The notes below the pieces were generated by a model. That model ran no database searches. It had not been told where the DNA came from and saw only the letters and a list, made by a program, of their open reading frames with translations. This document shows, one piece after another, positions 52,101-64,000 of a stretch of DNA of 64,000 nucleotides. This stretch comes from Proteromonas lacertae (lineage: Eukaryota). Location of the stretch: contig NGBS01000591.1 of the NCBI GenBank assembly GCA_002245135.1, forward strand, positions 62,001 to 126,000, given 5' to 3'. Made by a program: the position numbers and the translations under genes. Each line of letters opens with the position of its first letter. Within the stretch, counting starts at the first letter, position 1.

Positions 52101-52697
52101 AATATATCCATATATTATGATCGTCTGCTTTCACTGGTTTTTCTACAAATGGTTTCTTCAATTCTATACCATCTACAATTATACTATTTTCTGTTTCACT
52201 GAATGAACATGTTGGATGATTATTTTCATCTCTTGTTACAATAACATGACTTGGTACGGGTATATTGTTCTTTATTAATTCTTGATATACACTTCTACGA
52301 TCTAAAAATAAAAATTGTGGCTCTATTTCGTTTATCATTAGAGGATTAATCAGATCTGCATATGCTTTCGCTTTCTCAAGAGGAAAACCTAATTGAATAT
52401 TATTGATACAAACAATAAAATACCATCAGAATAGAACGCCATTAATACATCACACTTTGGCCATTCTTCCACTGGTTTATTGAGGATTGTGTCATTCCCA
52501 AAATATACAATATCAAATGTGTCTTTGTCTAGTCTTGTTATTAAGTTTTGCATGGGTGTACCTTTAACCTATAAATGAAAATATAATAAATCTACTTTTT
52601 TGTCCATTGCACATATTCCGAACTTTATTTTGTCCACATTATTGAGCATTTTCGTCCTTATGTTGAAAACTCTTTTATTTTGAGGAGATAAAGACAT
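49116..52697 (-). CDS. PPIP5K: Inositol hexakisphosphate/diphosphoinositol-pentakisphosphate kinase (VIP1/PPIP5K)
   Basis: [16 protein letters not shown]...[39 protein letters not shown] and [11 protein letters not shown]. Confidence 0.93.
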
Positions 52698-52869
52698 TTC
52701 TTTTTTATCACATTTCAAGCTTTATTTGGTTAATAAAGAGTCCGTTTCACTTTATTGAATATTCATTTTTTCAATCTTCATATATTCTAATTGCAATGTG
52801 GATGGTATATTGAAAAATAAAATGCATATAATAAATTAAATTATTTGTTTTTTGTCTTATAGTATATCT

Positions 52870-53907
52870 CTAATTTGTAATTCCAGCAAACCATCTCGCT
52901 TTGTTACACAAGTATTTCTTTTTCTTCACTTCTCTTGACCAAAGCCAATTATAGAAAGACAAAGCAGGTATAATAATTGGCATTAACAAAATATCTGCAA
53001 CCATGTTATCTCTCTGATTTATTCCTATCACAGCTCTGATTAACATATTACATCCAAAATCTCCACAAGATAAATGATTTTCACCTCTTTTAATACCTTT
53101 TATTATAGCTTTTGCACAATCATCAGCTTCATATGTTTTTTCATGAGATTCAATTGCTTTTCCTTCATCAGGCTTAGTCTTTTGCTCTGCTTCAAACCCT
53201 TGAGTATTCATATTAGGAGGATAAGCACAATGTATCTTGATATTATATCCACTCAACTCATTCCTCATTACATCAACTAATCCTCTAATTGCGAATTTGG
53301 TTGGACAATAATGAGCATAACCAATAAAACCACAAAGTGATAATTCAGAAGTAATAGATAGAATTTCACCTTGATTTCTCTTCATCATTAAGGGTACTAC
53401 AGCTCTAAATGTGTTTAATGTACCAAAATAATTAATATTCATTACTTTCATAATTTCCTCTTCTGTTGTTTCAAATATATATTTTGGTATAGATAATCCA
53501 TGTGATGTTATTAAAAAGTCTATTGGGCCAAAATTATGCTCTGATTCTTCCACAGCTTTTCTTAATTGTTCTTCTTTTGTTACATCAGCACAAAAATATT
53601 GTACTCTAACATCTAATTCATCTGCTTCTTGTGCATAATGTTCTATATCTTTCTTAGCATCTTTCAAAATTGACTCACGTCTTGCAATTATAGTGATTTT
53701 CGCTCCTTCTCTGGCTAAACGACATGCTAAACACTTTCCTAATCCTAAAGAACCTCCAGTAATGAATACATGCTGTCCTCTGAACTTATACTTCTTTGAA
53801 TACATCCATCTTTTGAAATGAAAGTAGATCTGTTGTACTATTATAGCACAAATGATCATAATAATCACAAATAAGAAAATCTTAGCAGCATTATCGAAAA
53901 ACCACAT
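52870..53907 (-). CDS. KDSR: 3-ketodihydrosphingosine reductase (SDR)
   Basis: N-terminal TM, ITGGSLGLG, YCPTKFAIRG and YPPNMNTQGFEAEQKTKP. Likely start at MWFFDN. Confidence 0.85.
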   Translation of the reverse strand: MWFFDNAAKIFLFVIIMIICAIIVQQIYFHFKRWMYSKKYKFRGQHVFITGGSLGLGKCLACRLAREGAKITIIARRESILKDAKKDIEHYAQEADELDVRVQYFCADVTKEEQLRKAVEESEHNFGPIDFLITSHGLSIPKYIFETTEEEIMKVMNINYFGTLNTFRAVVPLMMKRNQGEILSITSELSLCGFIGYAHYCPTKFAIRGLVDVMRNELSGYNIKIHCAYPPNMNTQGFEAEQKTKPDEGKAIESHEKTYEADDCAKAIIKGIKRGENHLSCGDFGCNMLIRAVIGINQRDNMVADILLMPIIIPALSFYNWLWSREVKKKKYLCNKARWFAGITN

Positions 53908-53998
53908 TTTTATAAACGAAGAATCAAAGAAATTCTGGTTTTTATGTTCTGTATAAACTCGATTCTGTGTTTGACTCAATCTCAAAAATATTAAAAAA

Positions 53999-55257
53999 AT
54001 GGCATTACCAAATGTACCACTCAATATACCCATTCCAAAAGTTCCTTCGAATATAGTGGTATAAATTATCTATTTTATTTACAGGCACCACCGGCTTCTC
54101 TACAAAAGAAACCAATTCAAACCAAACCTGTAACAGATGATATAAAAATTGCACCAACTCCGCAAGTTTTGGAAAGTATAGTTGATAGTTATACAAGAAT
54201 AAGTAAAATGATTGACGTATCACCAAATCAATAATTTCTTTGAATAGTATACTTATTGTACTGTCCCTAACCTTTATGTATCATACCGATATCCTATAAA
54301 TCCCAATTTTGCAATTATACCAACTATAACATTTGCTTCAAAATCTGTTCGTTGTTACTTGGATTATGTCAAACCAAAAGTATTTCTGATAATTTTTATT
54401 TCCTATATGTCTAATAGTATCATTGCGAAGCAGTTGTTACATCAGCATATAATTTTGCATTACATTTGAAGGGTAAATTAGCAGAGAATTTTGATGCAAG
54501 AGTTGGTTTAACCTATCAAAATAAACAGACATTACCACTCACTACTAAATTATTATTAACATACAGACATAACAAATTTGCTACTGATTTTATTGTATAT
54601 ATATATATATATTATAATTATTATATTCTATTGATTATATTAGTATCGAAATCCATCCTATTTTTCAACCACATTTCTTTATAGACTAACTGAAGTATTT
54701 GCCGCAGGTGGAGAATTTGTAATATCCCATGACAAAGTAACAACACAAGGTAAAACAGGAGAAACTGTCAGTTCATTTTCAAAAGAATTATATAATAGTT
54801 TTGCACTTTTTGGAAGGTATTCAGACGAAGCAAATACATTACAGTCTGCAATATGTCATACTCATAAAGATTATGGAATAAAATTGCACTATTTAAGAGT
54901 ATTATTTGTTTAATACTATTATTTTAGACTGTAAATGATAATACTAAGATGATATGTACTTATGGTTTTACTGTTGATAAACAAACAAAATCACTAACTA
55001 GTGATGCAAGAATTGGATATGATTTCCATTTACCACATCAAAATACATCAATAAAAGGATTTTATTCAATGAATGGTACTTGTATCACTAAAGTAATTGA
55101 AGATATTGGTAATAATAGCTTCTTGTCATTTGAAGCACTTGCTAATCCAATTCGTGATGCTTATGCATTTCAAGTTAGATTGTCTGTTAATGGAATGCCA
55201 CCTCAACCTTCTTCTTTCTATTCTCCATCGTTGCACGAGAATTCTATGATGTATTAA
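53999..55257 (+). CDS. Tom40/Porin_3-like mitochondrial outer-membrane beta-barrel
   Basis: Pro-rich N-terminus, alternating beta-strand pattern, AAGGEF, RIGYDF and a C-terminal beta-signal-like YAFQVRLSVNG. Confidence 0.55.
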
Positions 55258-55368
55258 AATTTGTTTAACATATTATTATTATTATTATTTGTTGATGTTA
55301 ATGAATTGTTTTAATATATTTGTTAAATTTAAATAAATAAAGAATAATAATAACAATTATTAAAGCAG

Positions 55369-58300
55369 TTATTCTACATTCAAATACTGTTTTGATAATT
55401 CTTTCTTTTCTTTTTCAGATATTCCATATAAGTTGATAATTGTTGTTGAAAACGTTTTTAGAAATGATTCTAATTCTGATTTATCTATATTTTCTTTCAC
55501 TGTTATAGATAATTCACATAAAAATTCAAATACTTCTTCATTTTCTTTCATTAATCTTAATTCTCTTTCATCTAATTCATTTCCTGATATATCTATCTCT
55601 CTTAATAGTTGATAATCTTTTAATTTTTCTATTAACATTTTCAATCCTTTTTCATTCATTCCAGTTTCTATTCAATTGATATTATTATATTTTATTCATA
55701 TAATACTTGACAGATTTAATGAGTCATAACTGTAAATGAATTTTTCTAAGTTTTTACAAATAATCTCCATTCCTTCATCTCCAATTTCATTATTATGAAA
55801 TAATATATCTTTATGAAAATCTTAATCCAATAATATTGTTGGATATATCAAGTATTCTATAATTTATCTGTTTTATTAATGATATATGGCTATCATTCAG
55901 ATTTGTATCTATTTCATTAGAAATATAGATTGTATACTAGAAAAATCATATTCTTTAGAATCCTTTTCTCTCTCTTTCATGTAAAAGTCTATATAATACT
56001 TCCATTCTTCATTTGTCCAAGATGGATTTTTTACCTAAACAAATGGATTATCTTCATTTTCTAATGATTTTGAACAAATTGATTTTAATCCATTCATTTT
56101 TATATTATTATCATTTAAATTAACTCTCCTATAACATCCAATTGATTCAATTCTATCTGTTAATAATACTACGCTTGCATCATCTATTGAGGTTTTACTT
56201 AGATTGATTATCCCATCTTTTACTATCATATCTAAACTATCTTTCAATAATTTAAATCCATCATTACCAATTGGATTGTCTATTAAGAAAAAAAGAGCAT
56301 AAACATCCTTAATTAAAATAATACCATGAATAAACAACTTCTTAATACAATAGTTCTCTTTAATATATTTCAACAAATAATCTATTCCATCTGAATCTAT
56401 ATTATTTCCACTAATATTCAGTTCTTTGACATTTTTATTAGTATTTCTTAAACCATCAACTAATAATTTCAATCCAATTGATGATAATCCCATTTCTATT
56501 ACATATTAAAAACAAACTATAATAATTATACTTGAATAATTACCATCTATAAAATGTAAATGAGGAGATAACATTTGCATCCCTAAATCTTCCAATATTA
56601 TTTCCAGATAATTGTAGTTGTAGAAGATTTGGAAATGAAGATAAATTGTCAATCAGTATTTTTATACTTTCTGAAGTTAGTTTATTATCTACATGAAAGA
56701 AAAATATCAAATTTATACTATTCAAGTTAAGATATTCTATTTCTTTTAATTCATTCGATCTTATAGAAATGAATTCTTTGAAGTAATCATCATCAATTTC
56801 TAAATTCATTAGATTAACACATTTTATTTGATTGATTATTACTGGAATATCTTTGTCAATCAACAATTCTTTGTCACCCTTGTTGGTATCAAATATCATT
56901 TTTGATATTGGAAATTTAGAAAATAATTCTTTCAATCCTTTTGAGTGAATATTTCTATTATTTGAAATCTTTATTTTCTGCAGATTTGGATATTTATATA
57001 ACTCTCTTGACAATAATATCAATGATTCATCATTTAGATTCATTCCTCTAAGATTTAATACATTTTCTTTGTCAATCAATAAACGTAGATATGGAAGTAA
57101 TAATTCTAACTTTTTTGCACCAATTTGATTGTCTATTAAATTATTAAAAGAATAAATTCATATACGTTCAAGATTTACATACTGTAATTTTGTGAATGGA
57201 ATAGATTTAATGAATGATTTTATAAAACCGAAACTGAATTTGTATTGTAATAAATCTAATTCTTGAAGATTAGATAATTGAGAAAATAATGATCCGAATA
57301 ATGATTGGTATTGGAATTGAATATTAACAACTATATATATATAAGATAAATATTATACTTAATCTGAGTTTTGTTGGATTGATTAGCTTCAATATTCTGA
57401 AAAAGTAATTCATTCCTTCTTCACATAAACAAATAGACTTTGGATCAAATCCAATTATATCTTTATAATAATTACAAGTATTAATATTAAATGTCATTCT
57501 ATCTAAACAATACATCTTTTCATTTTTACATTGATGATATATTTGAAATTTCAGTTTATCTTCTATTGAATCATCATCCTCTTTGTATAATTTCATCATT
57601 AATAGTATAGATAATATTCTTTTGTTTGATTTATAATTGTATGATTGTATTAAATAATCTCTAATATCTTTCCAATTTTTCCTTTCAAGATAGTATTCTG
57701 ATGCATATGCTATTGGAAATACTATGATTGTTTTATCATAACTAAATAATATTTTTTTTCTTTCATCAAGTATCATCAAATCATTATCTTCATCCCTCAA
57801 TATTTCACTCATTTTCATCATTTCTTTTTTCAACTCTTTTAAACTCAATCTATCTTCACTCTTCACTTTCAACATTCTTTCTATCATTTCTTCCATCATA
57901 TTATCACATTCTATATCTAAAATATTATTACATCTAATTATATTCTCATTGGTTTTATTCATATTATCATCTTCATTAAATGGTAATCTTTTGTTTTTCA
58001 TCTCATAAAATATACAACCAATTGACCAGATCACACTTCTTTCATTACATTCTAAGCCACCTAACTCTTCTGGGCTTCTAAAACAAATGTCAGATATTCT
58101 CAATTCTTCTTCTTTTCTTAGAGTATTTAAGAATAAATCACATAACTTTACATCATCTTCTTTTTTAAATATTACATTACTACTCTTCAAATTACCTATT
58201 ATTATATTATATTCAATCAAAATCATCAAAGCATTACATACTGGAGATATGATACTACATATATCACTTGCAGAAAGAGATTTACATTTAATTATATGTT

Positions 58301-58628
58301 CTAAATCAACACTATAATATTCCCTTTCCAATATCATATATTCACTATAGCCGTTTATTTGAAATACTTTAAAAGGGCGTGAAAATGAAACACAACTTTC
58401 AAATATGATATAATTAGTCTCATAGAATGTTAATATCTTTTTTTCTTTTATTCCAAATATATTTAGTATTTTCACTACATTGATATCTCTTTTCAGTTGA
58501 ACTACCAAGTCTATTTCGCTATTACACTTTTCTATTCTTTCTTTTATCTACAAAAAGTAAAACTACAAAAATGCTTTTGTTTTGCATGGTAATATTGAAC
58601 ATAGCATATCATCTACAAAAGATTTCAT
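55369..58628 (-). CDS. Pseudokinase + RNI-like leucine-rich-repeat protein
   Basis: Kinase fold with IIGNLKSSNV, LCDLF, FRSPEE and IWSIGCIFY, followed by LxxLxISGNxI repeats across several exons. Confidence 0.75.
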
Positions 58629-58743
58629 CTTTTTTTGTTTATATAAAAATTAGAGTCGTTTTGAAGAAAATATTTAATTGCTTTTTACAAGATTAAACTA
58701 ATATATTCCAAAACAAAACTGCAAACATAAATTAAATACTTAT

Positions 58744-60688
58744 TTAGTATGGTTTGATGTTATTTTCAAACACAGATAATGGATGAGCTTCAGTATTATA
58801 CACCCTTTTTGATAAATCGATAATCTCATTATTATTAGGTGTGAAGATTAAATACAAATACTTCAAAGTCTCAGCAGGGAAAAAGGATTCCATAACATCA
58901 CTAATACCAGCATTTACATCATATACATTCTTATATTTACCGTATCCATAAGTGGTTTTACAATACTTTTTAATTGAAGTAAATATATTATAAGCCCATT
59001 CTTTATATATAGGATCATGAGTGTAATAATTCAAAATATATAGACTTTCAATTGTTTCAGGTCTTAACAAATAGAATTTATCTTTTTCAGTGGCATACAT
59101 ATCTGATTCATCATTAAATTTACCAATTTCAGGCGCTAATCCAGTAGCAGATGAATTAAAATAATTATAACATGTATACATTAGACTTTTAGCTGTTTTT
59201 AAGTTTCTTGGACTGTTTATATTATTTGGATCCTGATAACTACCTAATGTCAATAATCCAGGCATAAAACATACTAACTCATCCATTTTCTTATTAATAA
59301 GATTTCTCTCCTTCTCCACTAAATATAATAAATTCGATTTCTTCGTTCTGACTAATAATTCATCATGAACACCATCCATTGCTTTATCATACATTTCTTT
59401 TAAGTAATTTTCAGTTTTACCAGTTTGTAACCATAATTTTAATTCATATTCGTAGAAACTATCACCTAAAGCACCAAATTTATAAGGTCCATTTCTTATT
59501 CTACCATTTTTCTTATCTAAATATATTGCATATAATCCATTGTAAGGTAATTGTTGGTATAATATTTCATACATTCTCATTGATATATTCTCCATTAATG
59601 AGTTGTTTATTTTTCTTGCTAAATATCTGAATTCCATTTGTAAAGTTGCTGTTTCAGCTAAGGCGACACTTTCTCTTTGATTCTTTCTTCGTTTTCCTAC
59701 AATATTTATTTCAGGCTATATATATATATAAATAAATAAATAAATAAAAATATACTTGTGGAATACTATTTTCATCAAATGCTAATATTAATAAGTTACC
59801 TAATTCTAGTGCTTTATCTAGTAGTATGGTATTACCACTTAAATCATAGGAACTTAATAAACCTCCTAATATTCGAATGGTTGTTTCAAATACAGAAATA
59901 TATTCACTTTTACTATATTGAGGTTTAAAATGATCTTTTAACTATTTAATAATAATAATAATAATAATAACGAAATATAAATATATATACATAATTTACA
60001 GCATCTTCAAACTCTTTTTTCATATCCATTATATATAATGTATCTAATGAATCAATTAAGAATATTTGTAATGAATAAGAACCACATCGACCTGAAATTG
60101 GATCTATTCCATCACTACCATAACATCTGCTTCTATAATTACCCCATACAAATTGCATTTCAGCTTTTACTTCTTCTGCTTTTGATTTCCAATAATTATC
60201 ATCTGGTTGGGTCTTAGGATCAGGCTAAATAGAGATAATCACCTTCTATTAATGTCTCTCTGCTTGGCATCTCCATTACTGGTGGTTTTTTATGAAGCTA
60301 ATAAGAATATAGGATTGCTATAGATTTATACTCTTTCAGTGATTGGATCTAAAATTGGATAATATGGCTTAGGAATATCAGTGGTAGGAAAAACTTCAGG
60401 CATATTTGTGTTTATTAGGTGTGTTGGAATTAGTCCACCTCTTAACTACAATAATAGAAATAAATAGAATACTGCAGGGTTTTCATGACGAAAATTGAGT
60501 AATATCGAGTTACTATATTAACATAATGAATTTGCCATACTTCTTTCCGACAATATGAATTGGGTTGTGTTGAATTACTTCATTTTTCGAAGGCTGGAGT
60601 GAAGAAAAATCTGTAGTGAAGAAAGAAATAAATTCCAGTTATCCATATAAGTGATGAATATAAAGATAACTAAGCAAATTATTGGCAT
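58744..60688 (-). CDS. Class I alpha-1,2-mannosidase (GH47)
   Basis: IDSLDTLYIM, SVFETTIRILGGLLS, GALGDSFYEY, LRPETIES, MESFFPAETLKYLYL and NTEAHP. Confidence 0.93.
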
Positions 60689-60741
60689 TTTATTCTCACT
60701 CACTATATTTTTTAGAACAAAGAAGAAACGAAAAAAAAATG

Positions 60742-61738
60742 TTATATTATATTATTTGAACTATCCTTATATCCCCTTAATATCATCATAATCTACTAAA
60801 TCAACTGTGGTAGGAAGAAGAAAAGTTAAGTTAAAATGATCATTTCCAAAAACTTCTCTATTATATAAATAAATAAAAACAACAATAAACATACCTTATA
60901 GCAGCAGTTTTTGGCTTTCTTTCCAAAATTCGAGACTGCAAACGATCAATTTCTAAAATTCATTAAATAAATACAACATATACGATTATATCCAGTCATA
61001 ATATTTATCATCTGTGCAATAACAACATTTGACATAAATCCTATGTAGAACACAAATACAGCACCAACAACTACAATAAACATCAAATCTATTGAAATAA
61101 CATTATTAATTAAATTACCTCTTGGTTTTTCTGCACAAGGATATTGATCTGAACAATTACACAATCTTATAATAGTAATAACTAAACAAAACAGACAATA
61201 TAATCCAATATAAAATGATAATAAAATGAAATGTTTTTGATTTCTAATTGCTACACAATTATTAACCCATAGGACAATGATGATCCATCTTAACAATACA
61301 TCTACCACATTGTCTACAATGATGAGCTCGAGGAGGTTTGAACATAATACCACATTTCACACATCCTTCATGAATTGCTGTTTCATCAACTGGAGAAGCT
61401 TGCACAGGAACTATACCAGGATCAACAAACGATGCTATATATTTTTTAGTAATATTGTTTATACTGCGAATAAAAGAGAGGGAAATCATTACAGTAAAGA
61501 AAATGAAGAATAATCGCAATATTGTCATACCAGTAGAACCAATTCCCCATGGATTAATGATATAACTCTATATTCGTAGAAAATATCAACTACTTATACA
61601 AAAACGAATTTAATCGATATTAGATATACAATCCATTGGCCAACTATCATCATTATCCCATTTGTATCCCATAGAAAGTAGATTGGACCGTAGAACTTCC
61701 CTCTTCCACTTTTTATCAGAATTATTATAATCAAACAT
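60742..61738 (-). CDS. DHHC-type palmitoyltransferase
   Basis: DPG...[43 protein letters not shown]. The 3' end is approximate. Confidence 0.88.
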
Positions 61739-61760
61739 GTTTGATAATTCTTTTTGATTA

Positions 61761-62300
61761 ATGATTGATAGCGTCATAACTATATTAGAACCAGTGAAGC
61801 TATGCTGTGTATTGTTATATGTACTATGCATTGAATTCATACCAAAAATTATATTATCACTAAAAGTATAATTTGTTATTATTTACTGAATAGAGTGAAT
61901 CTGCAAATCAAAAAGCATTGAAAATTCAAATAAAACATTTGCAAGAAATTGCAAAAGAAGTATTGTTATTATAATGTTTGAGGAATAGAATAACACAACT
62001 GATCGTTTTGTAGAGCATTCAAAAACACTCAGAAGCATTGATTACTTAAAGTCACAATTGAAAGGAGAAACAAAATCTACAGTTATATCTCAATTAATCA
62101 AATTCTTTGCCTTTGCGTTAAGATATATTCCAATACCATTTTTATTTTATTTTTTCTACGGAAAAAATCTAATTGAATTACCAGTCCAATGGTGTTACGG
62201 TTTAAGGTTTTTCTTGTCATCTCCAGGATGTAGAATTGGATTTGTTGGTATTAGTTTCTGGTTTATGTCCTGTAAGTATGTCACAAGCTTATATAAGTAA
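61761..62300 (+). CDS. Get1/WRB-like tail-anchored protein insertase
   Basis: TM1, a coiled coil with DRFVEHSKTLR, TM2, and LSSPG...VGISFWFMSC; two short introns. Confidence 0.7.
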
Positions 62301-63479
62301 ATTATAATTCTTTATTGTTTTTTATGCCAAAATCAAAAAGAGATTTAATAAAAGTTAGAATATTCTATATTCATATTACTTTATCAATATTAAAATTAAA
62401 TGTATAAATAATTTACATATTTTGACGTGCTAAGAAGTATAGGTAAAATGGTGCATCGCTGTTACATAATATACAACCATTACAGTGAGATCTATGCAAC
62501 TCAACAACTTTTACTATAAAATTACAATATCTACAGTCCACAGCTATAGATAAAATTAATAAAGACATTTATACTAGGAGTTTGACAATATCTAAAATGG
62601 CAAAACAGATCTTGGAATGCTTTACATAGACGAGTATTAGGCTGTCTATTATCTAATGCTTTTTTCAATACACATAATATGAAATGGTGGTTTGTTCTAG
62701 CTATGGCACAGAGAGAAGTGAATAAATGAGTTGGGATATGGTTCTATTGAAAATATAAGTAAATAATTATTATACAAGACTACCAGCTGGACAAGGAATG
62801 ACTAGCTCGAGAGTAGAGTTCTTCAATGAAGATATATTTGTCTCTGGACTAATTATATGAACGCCGTTAGTTAAATAAAAGACATCAGTAGGGATATTTG
62901 TACTTCTACTTATTGTTTCTTTCAACGAAATATATGAATCTATTTCTTTAATTGTATAAGCTTGTATCTAGTCATTATAATCAGTAGAATAGTGTATACA
63001 TTACCATAAGATTTAATAAAAATAGACATAACTCTTGTAGATGACTAAATCAAGGCAAAGAAACAATAGAATAAAAACAATTAAAGTTTGACTCAGATCG
63101 TGAAACAAAAATGACGAATCAGCTTTAATTTGATTTACCTTTTGTTTGATGTGATTTTTAATTGTGTAGAACTCATTATTTTTATGCTTCAATATACTAT
63201 AATGTAATTAAACAATTTATGTTGATGTAAATGAATATCTTTCTTGCTGTTATTAAGACATATCAATAGTAGAATGGAAATAAATTAAAGCAGTATTCGG
63301 ATAGAATATTGATAATAAATAAAGAAAATTAGACTTCTTCGAATAAATCAAAACAGTGCCATGTACTCGTAATATACATGACTTGAATAATAGTTTGATA
63401 CTGTTTTCACACCTCAATATTTGCACTATGATGATGAATTTAATTAAAATAAATATAGTCGTTTTTTAGTTTTTTCGTT

Positions 63480-64000
63480 ATGAGTTTTTCAGATGATGAC
63501 TTTGACGATACATTCGTATATTCATTAATCCTAACTTCTTCATAGGGTGATGATACTGAAGGAAGAACTGAAGAAGAGACAAACAATAATAAATCAAGTT
63601 CTAAAGATAATGACACAGATGATTTTTTGAAAGATAATCCCAGTGAGATACAATTGAATGCAGAATACGCTAATATGGATCATAATCAACAAAATAATTC
63701 TACTGATCCTTCCACATCTGTAACTGACATTCCATCTCATTTATTGTCAGACAATTTTAATCAAAGTGATGTTAAAAATGAACCTTCTAACTCTAATCCT
63801 TTTTCAACCTCAGACGAGTTTGCTGAATCAAATAAAGAAAAATCTGATTTATCAAAACCATCACAACAAGATAATAACACTGAAGATGGCGAATTTGCTG
63901 ATGAGTCACAAACTCAATCCAATGCAACAGGAACAGAAAAGAGCAATACAGATGAGTTTGGAAGTAATGAGAATGAAAAGAAACAAGAAAGTAAAGAAGA
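63480..64000 (+). CDS. 5' part of an acidic low-complexity protein (partial)
   Basis: ATG at 63480 (MSFSDDDFDDTF), a short intron, then an open D/E/N/S-rich frame to the window end. Confidence 0.55.

Noticed and set aside
62380..63010. Possible minus-strand gene remnant
   Set aside because: Contains stops and no diagnostic motif.

Overview
AT-rich eukaryotic DNA with very short (~30-40 nt) GT-AG introns and tightly packed genes. This is consistent with a Blastocystis/Proteromonas-like stramenopile, although the taxon is my inference. The right half (29.6-64 kb) is ordinary housekeeping sequence: a coiled-coil protein, mitochondrial uL15, an mS33-like gene with a very long extension, COG4, GH20, lipoyl synthase, TRAP-alpha, an ELP5-like gene, PPIP5K/VIP1, KDSR, a Tom40-like porin, a pseudokinase-LRR, GH47, a DHHC palmitoyltransferase and Get1. 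The left half contains a nested mobile-DNA block (~8.4-29.4 kb). It includes a decayed virus-like cassette with two head-to-head paralogous polyprotein-like genes, GxG/basic motifs and an adenain-type protease, plus a 1.1-kb hAT derivative. Inserted into the protease is a complete 10,177-bp Ginger-type transposon (17249-27425; 103-bp TIRs, 5-bp CTACC TSD), which lands one codon before the catalytic Cys. The Ginger encodes a spliced integrase-Ulp1-like protease fusion. It also carries a ~4-kb array of 256-bp units, each made of three hairpins, and one hairpin contains an inverted pair of copies of the element's own TIR core motif. An orphan end of a second Ginger family and a MITE-like foldback follow. 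Single-base frameshifts in housekeeping genes suggest assembly indel errors, so pseudogene calls based only on frameshifts are tentative.
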